Of a stretch of DNA of 64,000 bases, positions 31,566-44,013 are shown piece after piece (within the stretch, counting starts at the first letter, position 1; the number at the start of each line of letters is the position of its first letter). The notes under the pieces are model-generated. The model worked only from the letters and a program-made list of their open reading frames with translations, did not search any database and was not told the DNA's origin. This DNA is from Candidatus Omnitrophota bacterium (GTDB lineage: Bacteria; Omnitrophota; Gorgyraeia; Duberdicusellales; 4484-171). The stretch spans positions 1 through 64,000 of the forward strand of contig JAIPGM010000004.1 in assembly GCA_021735655.1 (NCBI GenBank), in the 5' to 3' direction. Both the position numbers and the translations under genes were made by a program.

Positions 31566-32261
31566 CTACTCTACTATTTCAACCTCAAACTCAACATTTA
31601 TTGTTGAATATACCGGGTCGTTGCTCTTAATTGTGACCGACCTTGCCATATGGCCTAATTTAACATGGGGGTGGTCTAAATCGGTTACAATGATCAACTT
31701 TCCTTCTTCGGCAGGCGCAAGATCAGCTTTCCAACTACTTTTTAAATTCTCCATATTCATTGAAAAAGCCGGACTCTCGCTTTTTTTCGTCTTTAGCCTG
31801 ACTGTCGTGCACCCGCAGCTAGTCTTAAGTTCATTAATGGTCAGCGCCGTATTGCCTTTATTCTTTACCTTGACCGCTAACTCTAATTTACCCTTACTCT
31901 TACTGACCTTTCCTAAATCGTATGCCAAAGGCTTAATAAAAATCTCTGGCCGCTTTGCTCCGGCTTCCTCTATTAGCTTTTTCTCGACCACCTTTTTAGT
32001 TTTAAAGTCGATTATGCTATCAAGAGAATATTTTTTAGCTATTTTTAGCATAATCTCCTCTTCCCCCAGGCCAGCCTCTAAAAAGGCGTCTATGTAAGCT
32101 TTCATCTCTTTAGCGTGAGCACAAGTGCAGGAAATAAAAGATTTGCCGCACTTGCAACATTCCAATTTAGAATAAATGTCTTCTTTGGCCCCGGCAAAAA
32201 CAGTACTGCTAAAAAACGCAACCAGTAAAACAAAAACAATAACTTTTAATTTTTTACTCAT
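31566..32261 (-). CDS. secreted Cys-rich protein with C-terminal DUF1573 domain
   Basis: Signal peptide. Cys cluster ECCKCGKSFISCTCAH. The DUF1573 hallmark motif (TSCGCTT) lies mid-protein in LAVKVKNKGNTALTINELKTSCGCTTV, with about 80 residues following it. Confidence 0.6.
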   Translation of the reverse strand: MSKKLKVIVFVLLVAFFSSTVFAGAKEDIYSKLECCKCGKSFISCTCAHAKEMKAYIDAFLEAGLGEEEIMLKIAKKYSLDSIIDFKTKKVVEKKLIEEAGAKRPEIFIKPLAYDLGKVSKSKGKLELAVKVKNKGNTALTINELKTSCGCTTVRLKTKKSESPAFSMNMENLKSSWKADLAPAEEGKLIIVTDLDHPHVKLGHMARSVTIKSNDPVYSTINVEFEVEIVE

Positions 32262-33378
32262 CGTTCTCTCCTCCTTCTACCGGATAGCCGGCATCTTCCC
32301 AGGCGCCAAAGCCATCCTCAAAAACCTTGATTCTTCCCGGCTTAAAACCATTCTTGATCAAAATTCTTCCGGCACTCATACTGGCATCGCACTTTCCTCC
32401 GTCCCAGGTACCTTCACAATAAAAAACCACCTCTTTATCAGGTGATATTTTATCAAGATTGTATTCTAAATCTGAAAGCGGAATACCCAGAGCGTCTTTA
32501 ACATGCCCGGCCGAATAATCATCCTTATTTCTAACATCAACCCAAATAATATCCTTAAACAATAAAAAGTAATGTTCGTAAGCTTCCTCTAGGTGGACTA
32601 TGGCCGGTTCTTGGCTAGCCGGTAACTTTGGCCCGCGAATTAAAGGATAACCTTTTTTCTCCCAAAAAGAGATACCGTCTAAGTTGTAAGCGTTGTAACC
32701 CTTCTGCCGCAGCTTCTTGGTTATGTAACTGCTTCTATGGCCGGCTCCGCAATAAGAAACTAGAGGTGTTTCTTTGTCGATGTCCTGAAGTTTAGCTAAA
32801 ACATTCTCATCATTGCGGTCGAACCTGCTTTTAGGAAACCATACGGCCTCGGGGATGTGCCGTTCAATATATTCATTCTCTTCCCTTACGTCTAAAATAA
32901 CTATTTTTTGTTCCTTCCCTAACCGTTCATAGAGCTCAGTTGAGCTAAGGCTGGGTATCTTGGAAATGTTTTTCTGGCCAAAGGATGCCTTAGGCCCAAT
33001 CTCAGCTGAAATACTAAATTTTAACTTGGGCTGGGAGAGATCATTAGAAACAAGGTAGATATATTTCTCGTCTTTGCCGGGCTGCTTGCCTTGAGGATTG
33101 TAAATTACTTTTAATTCTGCCTTAACTCCGGCTGGTATTCGGTTAGAAGAAATCTCAGCAGTAGTACAACCGCAGGTAGTATAGACTTTCTCAATAACCA
33201 GATCCTCATCCCCGACATTCTCTACCGTAAAAATCTTCTCTTTTCTCTGGCTTTCCTCTATCTTGCCAAAATCCCAGTAATTTGAATCAACCCTAATATT
33301 GGGGCCGGATTTTCCGGCGGCTTCTTGGCTGAAAAATAAAGAAAAAAACAATAATAAATAAAGCAATTTTTTCATCAA
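32254..33378 (-). CDS. secreted DUF1573 domain + tandem rhodanese-domain protein (putative sulfurtransferase)
   Basis: Signal peptide, then N-terminal DUF1573 (VYTTCGCTT). First rhodanese has the active loop YCGAGHRSS. A second rhodanese-like domain carries YCEGTWDGGKCDASMSAGR. Length 374 aa. Confidence 0.65.
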   Translation of the reverse strand: MMKKLLYLLLFFSLFFSQEAAGKSGPNIRVDSNYWDFGKIEESQRKEKIFTVENVGDEDLVIEKVYTTCGCTTAEISSNRIPAGVKAELKVIYNPQGKQPGKDEKYIYLVSNDLSQPKLKFSISAEIGPKASFGQKNISKIPSLSSTELYERLGKEQKIVILDVREENEYIERHIPEAVWFPKSRFDRNDENVLAKLQDIDKETPLVSYCGAGHRSSYITKKLRQKGYNAYNLDGISFWEKKGYPLIRGPKLPASQEPAIVHLEEAYEHYFLLFKDIIWVDVRNKDDYSAGHVKDALGIPLSDLEYNLDKISPDKEVVFYCEGTWDGGKCDASMSAGRILIKNGFKPGRIKVFEDGFGAWEDAGYPVEGGENDE

Positions 33379-33617
33379 TCAGCTTCCTTTTTCTGCTTTC
33401 CTTCATGACAGCTCTTAGGAACTTTTCCGCTGCCTTTGGCAATCCAGTTTAAGAATCCATCAGTGGGCTTTCTCCTAAGATAATCTCCAATATTCTCCTG
33501 GAAAGTAGCTTTGCAGGCTTGACAATCAAAATAATAAGTTTTTCCCTGATGAGAAAAAAAATATTCCGTATTTTTACTCACCCTTACTCCGCATACGGGA
33601 TCCCGTTTTTTAAACAT
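33375..33617 (-). CDS. YHS-domain protein
   Basis: DPVCGV...GKTYYFDCQACKATF, a canonical YHS/TRASH motif. Length 80 aa. Immediately downstream of copA. Confidence 0.7.
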   Translation of the reverse strand: MFKKRDPVCGVRVSKNTEYFFSHQGKTYYFDCQACKATFQENIGDYLRRKPTDGFLNWIAKGSGKVPKSCHEGKQKKEAD

Positions 33618-33630
33618 TTTTAACCTCCAA

Positions 33631-36111
33631 TTATATTGCCCGCTTGTACCTTCGCATCAACAAAGAATTAGATACTACGCTGACCGAACTAAAGGCCATG
33701 GCTGCGCCGGCAATCATCGGGTTCAATAAAAACCCAAATATTGGATAAAGTATACCGGCAGCAACCGGTATACCGGCAGCATTATAAAAGAAAGCCCAGA
33801 AAAGATTCTGTTTTATCTTCTTCATCGCATAATGCGATAAATCCATAGCCATAACCACATCGCGCAGGTCATCCTTAATCAATACTATGTCGCCGGATTC
33901 AATAGCTACATCGGTTCCGCTGCCGATAGCCAACCCAATATCAGCCTGAGTTAAAGCCGGGGCATCATTTATACCGTCGCCGACCATAGCTACTTTTAAA
34001 CCTTCAGCCTGAAGCTTCTTGACTTCATTAGCTTTATCTTTAGGCAGGACTTCGGCTAAAACCCGCTTAATACCCAGTTGTTTGGCTATGGCTTGGCCGG
34101 TGCGTTTGTTATCGCCGGTAATCATAATCACCTGTTTTTTCATCTGTTTCAATTTAGCCACTGCCGCTTTAGAAAATTCCTTCAAAGTATCGGCTACGGC
34201 GATAATTCCGATTAGCTTATCGGCAGCAGCTACCAGCATAGCGGTTTTCCCTTCGTTCTCTAATTTTTCTAAATCTTTTTCTGCTTTTAAAATATCGATA
34301 TTCTCTTCCTCCATAAACTTTCGATTACCCAGTAAAACTCTTACTCCCTCTACCCGGGCCAATACGCCTTTGCCGGTGATTGAGTTAAAATCAGTGATTG
34401 CTTTTAATTCTATAGCCTTATCTTTGGCTCCTTTTACAATTGCTTCAGCCAGAGGATGCTCAGAACTTTTCTCCACCGACGCCGCTAAACACAATACTTC
34501 ACTATCAGCTTTATCATAAGCTACCACATCTGTAATTTGCGGTTCTCCCTTGGTAAGTGTACCGGTCTTATCAAAAACTATTGCTTGAATTTGATGGGCT
34601 AGCTGAAGGCTTTCGGCACTCTTGATCAATATGCCGTTTTCTGCCCCTAAACCGGTCCCGACCATTACGGCAGTCGGGGTAGCTAAGCCCAAAGCACAGG
34701 GACAGGCAATAATTAAAACGGCAATGAAAATAGTTAAAGCAAAAACAAACCCCTGGCCAACAGCCAGCCAGATAATAAAAGCTAAGATAGCAATTCCTAC
34801 TACTGCCGGCACAAAATAGGCTGATATCTTATCGGCTAATTCCTGAATTGGCGCCTTAGACCCCTGGGCTTCTTCGACCAATCTGATGATCTGAGCCAAA
34901 GCCGTATCTTTGCCGACTTTGGTAGCTTTAAACTTAAAACTACCGGTTTTATTTATGGTAGCTCCGATAACCTGGCTGCCTTTAGATTTTTCAACCGGGA
35001 TACTTTCTCCGCTGATCATTGACTCATCCACGCTGGAATAGCCGTCTGTTACTTGGCCGTCAACCGGAATTTTTGCTCCCGGCCTGACTATGACAATATC
35101 GCCGGCTATTACTTCTTCTACCGAAACCTCCTGCTCCTTACCGTTACGTAAAACCAGGGCTTTTTTCGCTTGAAGGCCCATGAGTTTTTTTATCGCCTCA
35201 GAAGTTTTACCTTTAGCGATTGATTCTAAAAACTTACCTAACAAGATAAAAGCAATCAAGAATCCAGCAATCTCATAATAAAGATTTTTCATATCAAAAG
35301 CAGATGAGCCCGACCAGATCACTATCGAAACATATAAACTATAAAGGTAAGCTGCTCCCACACCTAAAGCCACCAAAGTATCCATGTTCGCAGTATGGGT
35401 TTTAATCACTGCCGAAAAACCTCGAGTAAAAAACTGATAGCCGGCAAACATAATCGGAGTAGCCAGGAGAAACTGAATCAAAGCCATATTATTTACCATC
35501 CAGGAAGCAAGAGGCAGTTTTAACCCCGAACTCATCGCAAAATACATCAGCGGCGCAGCCAGAATAATCGAAACTATAAACTTAAGTTTAAGAATTCTTA
35601 TCTCCCTTTCTCGAGTTTCTTTTTCTAAATCCGGGGTGGCTTTTTCTTGCTCAATCGGCTCATAGCCAGCGGCTTTAATTACGGCTTTAATCTTCTCGGC
35701 AGAAAGAATAGCCGGATCAAATTTAATCTTTGCCCGCTGGTTCACCAATAACTCTTTGCTGGTTATCCCCTTAAGGCTGTTTAGGGCTCCCTCTACCGTG
35801 CTAAGGCAATGAGGGTTGTCCATACCGATAACTTTAAGCTCTAACAGGCCTGCGGTTTTCTTATTGCCGGCTACCTTGTAGCCGGTTTTCTCTATAGCCT
35901 TATGCAAAACCTCCAAATTAACTTTACCGGAATCATAGTCAACATAAGCCTTTTCGCTGGCAAAATTAACCCTGGCTTGTTTTACTCCCGGAGTTTTTTT
36001 CAAGGCACCTTCAATAGTTGCCACACAGCTCGCACAGTGCATACCGCTTATACTGATAACCGTCTTACTTAAACCAGACATAGATTTACCCTCTCCTTTC
36101 GTTATCCGCAA
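33631..36111 (-). CDS. copA: copper-translocating P1B-type ATPase with two N-terminal HMA domains
   Basis: Two HMA CxxC motifs ([15 protein letters not shown]). TM CPC motif ([11 protein letters not shown]). DKTGT phosphorylation site and GDGINDAP. Length 826 aa. Confidence 0.95.
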   Translation of the reverse strand: MRITKGEGKSMSGLSKTVISISGMHCASCVATIEGALKKTPGVKQARVNFASEKAYVDYDSGKVNLEVLHKAIEKTGYKVAGNKKTAGLLELKVIGMDNPHCLSTVEGALNSLKGITSKELLVNQRAKIKFDPAILSAEKIKAVIKAAGYEPIEQEKATPDLEKETREREIRILKLKFIVSIILAAPLMYFAMSSGLKLPLASWMVNNMALIQFLLATPIMFAGYQFFTRGFSAVIKTHTANMDTLVALGVGAAYLYSLYVSIVIWSGSSAFDMKNLYYEIAGFLIAFILLGKFLESIAKGKTSEAIKKLMGLQAKKALVLRNGKEQEVSVEEVIAGDIVIVRPGAKIPVDGQVTDGYSSVDESMISGESIPVEKSKGSQVIGATINKTGSFKFKATKVGKDTALAQIIRLVEEAQGSKAPIQELADKISAYFVPAVVGIAILAFIIWLAVGQGFVFALTIFIAVLIIACPCALGLATPTAVMVGTGLGAENGILIKSAESLQLAHQIQAIVFDKTGTLTKGEPQITDVVAYDKADSEVLCLAASVEKSSEHPLAEAIVKGAKDKAIELKAITDFNSITGKGVLARVEGVRVLLGNRKFMEEENIDILKAEKDLEKLENEGKTAMLVAAADKLIGIIAVADTLKEFSKAAVAKLKQMKKQVIMITGDNKRTGQAIAKQLGIKRVLAEVLPKDKANEVKKLQAEGLKVAMVGDGINDAPALTQADIGLAIGSGTDVAIESGDIVLIKDDLRDVVMAMDLSHYAMKKIKQNLFWAFFYNAAGIPVAAGILYPIFGFLLNPMIAGAAMAFSSVSVVSNSLLMRRYKRAI

Positions 36112-36140
36112 CCCCCTGACTGTTCTTTTCCGAGATACTC

Positions 36141-36533
36141 TTAATGATGAGCCTCATGTCCGGAAGGCATTTCTTTTTCACTGTTTTTTCTGCCCTGGCC
36201 GGCATCATCTTTACCCATCATCGGACAACTTTTCATCATTTCTTTCATCATTTGCCGCATTCCTTCGCTATCGATGCTTAGCTCAACCTCTTTCACCAAA
36301 TTTAACTTTTTATCATATTTAACAAGCTTATTGCCTAAAAGCAACACTACCCCTCCATCTTCAGTGGCCACTAATTGTTTTTTAACCATCATCTGCATCA
36401 TACCTTTTCCCATCATACTCTTGCTCATCATACCTTTATCCATCATCTCTGAAGAATGTTCTTCAGCAAAAACAGAAAAGTTAACAACAACCAACAGCAA
36501 ACTACCTAAAACAATACCGGTAAACCGCTTCAT
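36141..36533 (-). CDS. secreted methionine-rich putative Cu(I)-binding protein
   Basis: Signal peptide, multiple MxxM/MM motifs ([20 protein letters not shown]; [14 protein letters not shown]) and a C-terminal HEAHH. Resembles PcoE/SilE/CusF-type Met-rich sites. Confidence 0.55.
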   Translation of the reverse strand: MKRFTGIVLGSLLLVVVNFSVFAEEHSSEMMDKGMMSKSMMGKGMMQMMVKKQLVATEDGGVVLLLGNKLVKYDKKLNLVKEVELSIDSEGMRQMMKEMMKSCPMMGKDDAGQGRKNSEKEMPSGHEAHH

Positions 36534-36534
36534 C

Positions 36535-36723
36535 TTACGCCTCCTTTTTTAATCCGGGAATAAAAGCCGGAACCCGTTTTCTGTACTCCAGAAATTCCCA
36601 GTCGAACTGCTTCTCGACTTCTTTTTCCTCTCTCATCGCTAACTTGTAGTAAACCGACACAAGAACCGGCCACATCCCGTATGCATAACTGTCTAAACCT
36701 TCTCCAGGCATATTTATCTTCAT
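36535..36723 (-). pseudogene. remnant (C-terminal about 60 aa) of an ICMT/CzcN-like isoprenylcysteine carboxyl methyltransferase family gene
   Basis: The 62 aa ORF ...REEKEVEKQFDWEFLEYRKRVPAFIP matches the conserved C-terminus (EE..L...FG.eY.eY...VP.fIP) of the ICMT/PEMT family, to which CzcN belongs. It is preceded immediately by an in-frame TAA. There is no N-terminal TM/catalytic region. A second ORF in another frame (36530-36748) overlaps it. Confidence 0.45.
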
Positions 36724-36784
36724 TTATAATTATGCCTAGTCTAGGCAAGACTGTAAATTAGACCTTAGCCCAATAGCCAACTCT

Positions 36785-36814
36785 ATGATACCACACCCCC
36801 CTATGGTATGTCAA
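36785..36814 (-). promoter_or_regulatory. sigma70-like promoter with CsoR-type operator at the head of the copper operon
   Basis: On the minus strand: TTGACA (36809-36814), an 18-nt spacer, TATCAT (36785-36790). The inverted repeat ATACCA-CACCCCCCTA-TGGTAT (36788-36809) fills the spacer. A G/C tract flanked by ATACC/GGTAT resembles known CsoR operators. Confidence 0.5.
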
Positions 36815-36870
36815 GATGATATTAAAATATTTTCCGCTCATAACTCCTTGAGAATAAGGGTCTTACAAGC

Positions 36871-37461
36871 TTAATCCTTAGTAACCAAAAAAATAGCGTT
36901 TAAAGCGAAAAGGTTGGGGAAAAACTTTACTAACTTCCTTTTGCCAAGATAAAAGGCACTAGAAACCTTTATCTGTTTTTCAACACAGAAGTCTTTAAAG
37001 TCATTAATGCTCAAAAAATGAACATTGGGTGTATCATGCCAATGGTAAGGTAAAGAAGCGGTTATCGGAACTTTTCCTCTAAAGAAAATTCTAAAGCGGG
37101 CCGGAAAATAGGTAAAATTGGGAAAGCCAACAATTACTTCTTTGCCAATCCTCAAAGATTCAGTCACTACGTAGTCGACTTTTTTAATTTCTTGCATACT
37201 TTGATTCAATATCACATAATCAAAAGCTTTAGCCGGATATCCAGAAAGCCCTGTTTCAATGTCGCCATGGAATACACTTAAATCCTTCTCAACACAATTA
37301 TAAATACCTCTCTCATCCAGCTCAATGCCTTGTGCTTTTACTTTCTTTTCTTTGACTAAAAAATGCAAAAGATCTCCATTGCCGCAGCCAAGATCAAGCA
37401 CCTTAGCTCCGGGTTTAACAATCTTATAGATTATCCTATGGTCCAAACGTATCTTATCCAT
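36871..37461 (-). CDS. metW: methionine biosynthesis protein MetW (methyltransferase-fold partner of MetX)
   Basis: LDLGCGNG motif. Length 196 aa. Sits immediately downstream of metX with overlapping stop and start. Confidence 0.75.
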   Translation of the reverse strand: MDKIRLDHRIIYKIVKPGAKVLDLGCGNGDLLHFLVKEKKVKAQGIELDERGIYNCVEKDLSVFHGDIETGLSGYPAKAFDYVILNQSMQEIKKVDYVVTESLRIGKEVIVGFPNFTYFPARFRIFFRGKVPITASLPYHWHDTPNVHFLSINDFKDFCVEKQIKVSSAFYLGKRKLVKFFPNLFALNAIFLVTKD

Positions 37462-38596
37462 TTTTCACCAAATCATAGGTCTTTCTCAAAAAATTCTTAA
37501 CCAAACGGGTCTGTTCGTCAACCTCCAGCAAAAAAGCATCGTGGCCATAGGTTGACTCTATTTCACAATAAGTAACATCAACTTGTCGAGTTTTAAGCTG
37601 CTGAATTATCTCTCTAGACTGATAAGGCGGATAGAGCCAGTCTGACTTAAAGGCAATAACTAAGAAGCGAGTATCAATTTTGTTACTCTTCGCCACTAAT
37701 TTCCCTTCTGACAAATCAAGATAGTCCATAGCCTTAGTGATATAAAGGTAGCTGTTAGCATCAAAGCGCTTTACAAAGCTATCTCCTTGATATCTCAAAT
37801 ATCCTTCAACTTCAAAGTCAGTCTTAAAACTAAAGCTATAGTTTTTTTCTTTAAGTTTACGGGAAAACTTCTTCTCCATCGACTCATCGCTCATATAAGT
37901 TATATGACCGATCATCCTAGCAACAGACAAACCCCTCTGAGGCTGAGATTTTCCGTAGTAATTACCCTCAAGCCAATCTGGGTCAGCCATTACCGCCTGC
38001 CTCCCAACCTCATCGAAAGCTATTTGCTGAGGAGAATGCTTTAAGGCCGTAGCTATAGGAATTGCCGATGAGATGACTTCCGGATAAGAAGCTGCCCATT
38101 GTAAGACTTGCATACCACCCATTGATCCGCCAGTAACACAAAGTATCTTCTTAATGCCTAAATAATCTATAAGTCTCTTCTGAGCCGCGACCATATCAGC
38201 AATGGTAATTATCGGAAAATCAATACCATAAGGTTTATTGGTCTTAGGGCTAGTTGAAGAAGGCCCGGTTGAGCCTTTACAGCCACCAAGAACATTAGAG
38301 CAAATTATGAAATACTTATCGGTATCAAAAGCTTTGCCCGGGCCAATCATTATATCCCACCAGCCGGGTTTTTCGTCTCCTTGATGAAAACCAGCCGCAT
38401 GAGCATCACCGCTTAAAGCATGGGCAACTAGAACGGCATTGGTTTTAGCTGAATTTAATTCCCCATAAGTTTCATAGCAAAGAGTAATCGGGCCTAGCTC
38501 TCCCCCATTAGCTAGCTTAAGCTGATCAGACTGATCAGCAAAAGTAAAACTCTGCGGTTCAATAATTCCTAAGCTATTTTTAGCATTTTTGCTCAT
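37454..38596 (-). CDS. metX: homoserine O-acetyltransferase
   Basis: Alpha/beta hydrolase of 380 aa with nucleophile GGSMGG. Typical MetX N-terminus and metXW pairing. Confidence 0.9.
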   Translation of the reverse strand: MSKNAKNSLGIIEPQSFTFADQSDQLKLANGGELGPITLCYETYGELNSAKTNAVLVAHALSGDAHAAGFHQGDEKPGWWDIMIGPGKAFDTDKYFIICSNVLGGCKGSTGPSSTSPKTNKPYGIDFPIITIADMVAAQKRLIDYLGIKKILCVTGGSMGGMQVLQWAASYPEVISSAIPIATALKHSPQQIAFDEVGRQAVMADPDWLEGNYYGKSQPQRGLSVARMIGHITYMSDESMEKKFSRKLKEKNYSFSFKTDFEVEGYLRYQGDSFVKRFDANSYLYITKAMDYLDLSEGKLVAKSNKIDTRFLVIAFKSDWLYPPYQSREIIQQLKTRQVDVTYCEIESTYGHDAFLLEVDEQTRLVKNFLRKTYDLVKNG

Positions 38597-38673
38597 AATT
38601 TACTAGATTTACTACTTAATCTGACTAAAGATTATTAGACCACAAGAGCAAACATTGTTCAAGGCCTTTATTC

Positions 38674-39600
38674 TTAGCCCTTAAACAACCAGGTTGAAAG
38701 ATATCTTTCGCCAGTATCGGGTAGAATTGCCACAATTGTTTTTCCTGAGGAATCTTTACGCTTGGCTACCTCTAGGGCCGCCCACATTGCTGCTCCGCTG
38801 GATATACCGACAAAAATTCCTTCCTTCTTAGCTAAAAGGCCAGCAACTTTACCGGCATCAACATGGGACACCTTTATAATTTCATCGATTATTTCTCGAT
38901 TTAAAACTTCCGGGATAAACCCGGCACCGATTCCCTGAATTTTATGCGAACCTGGTTTTTCACCGGAGATAACCGCTGACTCAACTGGTTCAAGGGCGAT
39001 AACCTTTAAAGATTTATTTTTTTTCTTTAAGGCTTCGCCTACCCCGGTTACTGTGCCTCCAGTACCAACCCCGGAAATAAAAATATCAATTTTTCCGCCA
39101 GTGGCTTCCCAAATTTCTTCGGCTGTTGTAATTCTATGAATCTCGGGATTAGCCGGATTATTAAACTGTTGAGGTACAAAACTGTTGGGAGTGTTTTTTG
39201 CAATTTCTTCTGCCTTTTCAACAGCCCCCTTCATGCCTTTAGCTCCTTCAGTCAATACTAATTCTGCTCCAAAAATCTCAAGAAGTTGCCGACGCTCAAT
39301 ACTCATTGTGTCAGGCATGGTAAGAATTAATCTATAGCCCTTAGCAGCACAAACAAAAGCTAAAGCTATCCCAGTATTTCCGCTAGTCGGTTCTACTATA
39401 ACCGAACCCTTCTTGATTAAACCTTTACTTTCAGCATCCGCAATCATTGCTGCGCCAATTCTGTCTTTAACGCTGGAAAGTGGATTAAAAGATTCTAATT
39501 TTGCCAATACTGTAGCCTGGGTATCTTTTGCCAAACGGTTGATTTTCACCAAAGGAGTATTGCCAATAGTTTTCGTAATATCATCTAATATTTTCGCCAC
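38674..39600 (-). CDS. cysK: cysteine synthase / O-acetylserine sulfhydrylase
   Basis: PLP-lysine motif SVKDRIG, plus the glycine-rich loop GTGGT. Length 308 aa. Confidence 0.85.
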   Translation of the reverse strand: MAKILDDITKTIGNTPLVKINRLAKDTQATVLAKLESFNPLSSVKDRIGAAMIADAESKGLIKKGSVIVEPTSGNTGIALAFVCAAKGYRLILTMPDTMSIERRQLLEIFGAELVLTEGAKGMKGAVEKAEEIAKNTPNSFVPQQFNNPANPEIHRITTAEEIWEATGGKIDIFISGVGTGGTVTGVGEALKKKNKSLKVIALEPVESAVISGEKPGSHKIQGIGAGFIPEVLNREIIDEIIKVSHVDAGKVAGLLAKKEGIFVGISSGAAMWAALEVAKRKDSSGKTIVAILPDTGERYLSTWLFKG

Positions 39601-39617
39601 AATAACCTCCTTAGTTA

Positions 39618-41916
<2,299 letters not shown>

Positions 41917-41922
41917 TTTATT

Positions 41923-42777
41923 TTATAAACTTACCCAGTCCTCAGATACAATATTTCCTTTAATGCCTACCACTACACATTTCAACGGTACTTTTCTTTG
42001 GGCTTGGCCCAACCCTTCTTTTACTAAAGCCAAGAGACCACCACAGCAAGGAACCTCCATAATCATTACAGTTAAAGTATTGATTTTTGCCTCATCAGCC
42101 AAAATTTTTATCTTTTCTAAATAAACCTCTTTATTCGTATCTAATTTAGGGCAAGCAATAGCCAAAGATTTCCCAACTAGATATTTGGAATGAAAATTAC
42201 CCAAGGTATAAGCTACGCAATCAGCCGAAAGCAAAACATCTTTTCCCTGAAAATATGGCGCTCGGGGTGATACCAAATGTAATTGAAGCGGCCACTGCCT
42301 TAAAGCTGACGGTTGCTCTCCTGACACTTCTCCTATGTCTGGCTTATCAGAAAAATCCATCGTTCGCATCCCCGGACAACCCTGATGCGCCGCCACAAGC
42401 TTATCTTTAGCAACCGCAAAACCTTCAGGAATTTCTATGCCCTTTGTTTTTAACACTTCTAAGGCCTGTTTAAGGTATCCTCCTTCTCCGTGAACCTTCA
42501 AATGTTCAAGATGAGCTTTAATAGTACCTGCGCCTTGCTTTACAATATTCTCCATTACTTTTCTTTCGTCGTATTTTTCAGCTTCCCGTTCCTCAATGGT
42601 AATTGCATCTACCGGACAACTTCCGATACAAGCCCCTAGGCCATCACAAAAAAGATCACTAATCAAACGAACCTTTCCGTCAATAAGCTGTAAAGCCCCT
42701 TCGGGGCAATTAGGGATACAATCTCCGCAACCAGTGCATTTATCCAAATCAATTTTTATTATTTTTCTTTTTGACAT
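41923..42777 (-). CDS. 2x[4Fe-4S] ferredoxin-domain protein with Cys-containing C-terminal domain of unknown function
   Basis: CTGCGDCIPNCP and CDGLGACIGSCP ferredoxin motifs. C-terminal CPGM...CPKLD...VPCCGG cysteines. Length 284 aa. Confidence 0.55.
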   Translation of the reverse strand: MSKRKIIKIDLDKCTGCGDCIPNCPEGALQLIDGKVRLISDLFCDGLGACIGSCPVDAITIEEREAEKYDERKVMENIVKQGAGTIKAHLEHLKVHGEGGYLKQALEVLKTKGIEIPEGFAVAKDKLVAAHQGCPGMRTMDFSDKPDIGEVSGEQPSALRQWPLQLHLVSPRAPYFQGKDVLLSADCVAYTLGNFHSKYLVGKSLAIACPKLDTNKEVYLEKIKILADEAKINTLTVMIMEVPCCGGLLALVKEGLGQAQRKVPLKCVVVGIKGNIVSEDWVSL

Positions 42778-42794
42778 GACAACCCTTTTCTAGT

Positions 42795-43238
42795 TTAAAT
42801 ATTATACATAAAAACACTCTTAGCATTCTTATCATTATATCGTTTAACTAAAGTTTCAAGAGTCACTGAATCCAAAGCCTTGATAATACTATTTCCGGTC
42901 TCATCCCAAAGTTGACGAACAATTGATACTGAGGCTGGTTGAAGACTATTATCATCTTGCAAATTATCAATTAAAGTTAAGCCACCTTCAAGAATTTCCA
43001 CTATTTCTCTAACCGTTATCTCTCCGGGAGCTTTCGCTAAAGAATAGCCACCGTGGGCTCCACGAAAAGAATTAACTAACCCTTGGGTCCGTAAAGGAAT
43101 AATGATCTGACTAAGGTACTTTTCAGAAATATCTTCCTTCCGGGCAATGTCTTTTAAAAAAACTGGCCCCTTATCGCAGGCCAAGGCTAAGGCCAGCATC
43201 AACCGAGTTCCATATCGACTACGAGCTGAAATTTTCAT
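42795..43238 (-). CDS. Rrf2 family transcriptional regulator (IscR/CymR-like)
   Basis: N-terminal Rrf2 HTH (SARSRYGTRLMLALA). Length 147 aa. Confidence 0.8.
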   Translation of the reverse strand: MKISARSRYGTRLMLALALACDKGPVFLKDIARKEDISEKYLSQIIIPLRTQGLVNSFRGAHGGYSLAKAPGEITVREIVEILEGGLTLIDNLQDDNSLQPASVSIVRQLWDETGNSIIKALDSVTLETLVKRYNDKNAKSVFMYNI

Positions 43239-43284
43239 TTTTTTCTCCTAATTACTAGTAAGATAATCACCACCATAGGTATTA

Positions 43285-44013
43285 TCAAATTCTATTACTG
43301 ACCCCTAATTTGTCAAGGAAGTTATCACGACCGATCTCTTCGATTAAAAGAGCCAATCTTTGCCTGGGTTTAGCATTATCTTTGAAAAAATTAACTACCT
43401 TCTCGATTAAAGAAAGCACCTCATCTTCGGTAAAAATTTTACCTAGCTTGAATCCCAACCGGGGAGTTCTCCCTCCACAGCCACCCAAATAAACAGCATA
43501 GCCAACTATTTTCTCAGAATGATTAAGGTCAATCTCACCGTGTATACCAATTTCAGAACTTTCGGATCGAGTGCAACGATTAGGACAACCGGAAATCGCA
43601 ATTTTAAATTTATGCGGTAGATCCAATCCGCAAACAATATTTAACTCCTTTTCTATTCTTTCAGAAAGAGAAAAGGTATTAACCAAACCTCGCTTACACC
43701 AGTTATTACCCGGACAAACAGTTGTAACTCTAAGTCGCGGGCCAGAAGTTCCAACTTTAATTTCAGCGAGTCTTAGCTCTTTCTCCACTTTCCCAATGTC
43801 TTCGAAACGAATAAAAGGAATTTCTACTGACTGACGAACTGTAAAATGAACAAAACTCCTAGCATACTTTTTAGAAATCTGAGAAAGTTTCTCTAGCTGC
43901 TCAGCTGAAGAGTTACCGGCAAGCATCCTTGTACGTAAAGTAAAATAGCCATCTTCTCGGGCCTTCAAAAACCCTCTCTTTTTTAAAGCATCTAGGTCTA
44001 TCTTATCCTTCAT
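43285..44013 (-). CDS. small siroheme/[4Fe-4S] sulfite (or nitrite) reductase, alSiR-type
   Basis: Siroheme-4Fe4S coupling motifs CPGNNWC (C-x5-C) and CPNRC (C-x3-C). Single NiR/SiR ferredoxin-like half domain plus a heme-binding domain. Length 242 aa. Confidence 0.7.
   Translation of the reverse strand: MKDKIDLDALKKRGFLKAREDGYFTLRTRMLAGNSSAEQLEKLSQISKKYARSFVHFTVRQSVEIPFIRFEDIGKVEKELRLAEIKVGTSGPRLRVTTVCPGNNWCKRGLVNTFSLSERIEKELNIVCGLDLPHKFKIAISGCPNRCTRSESSEIGIHGEIDLNHSEKIVGYAVYLGGCGGRTPRLGFKLGKIFTEDEVLSLIEKVVNFFKDNAKPRQRLALLIEEIGRDNFLDKLGVSNRI

Noticed and set aside
36530-36748. 72-aa ORF overlapping the ICMT-like remnant in another frame
   Set aside because: No recognisable motif. It overlaps the frame that carries the conserved ICMT C-terminus. 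Likely a spurious ORF within a decaying region.
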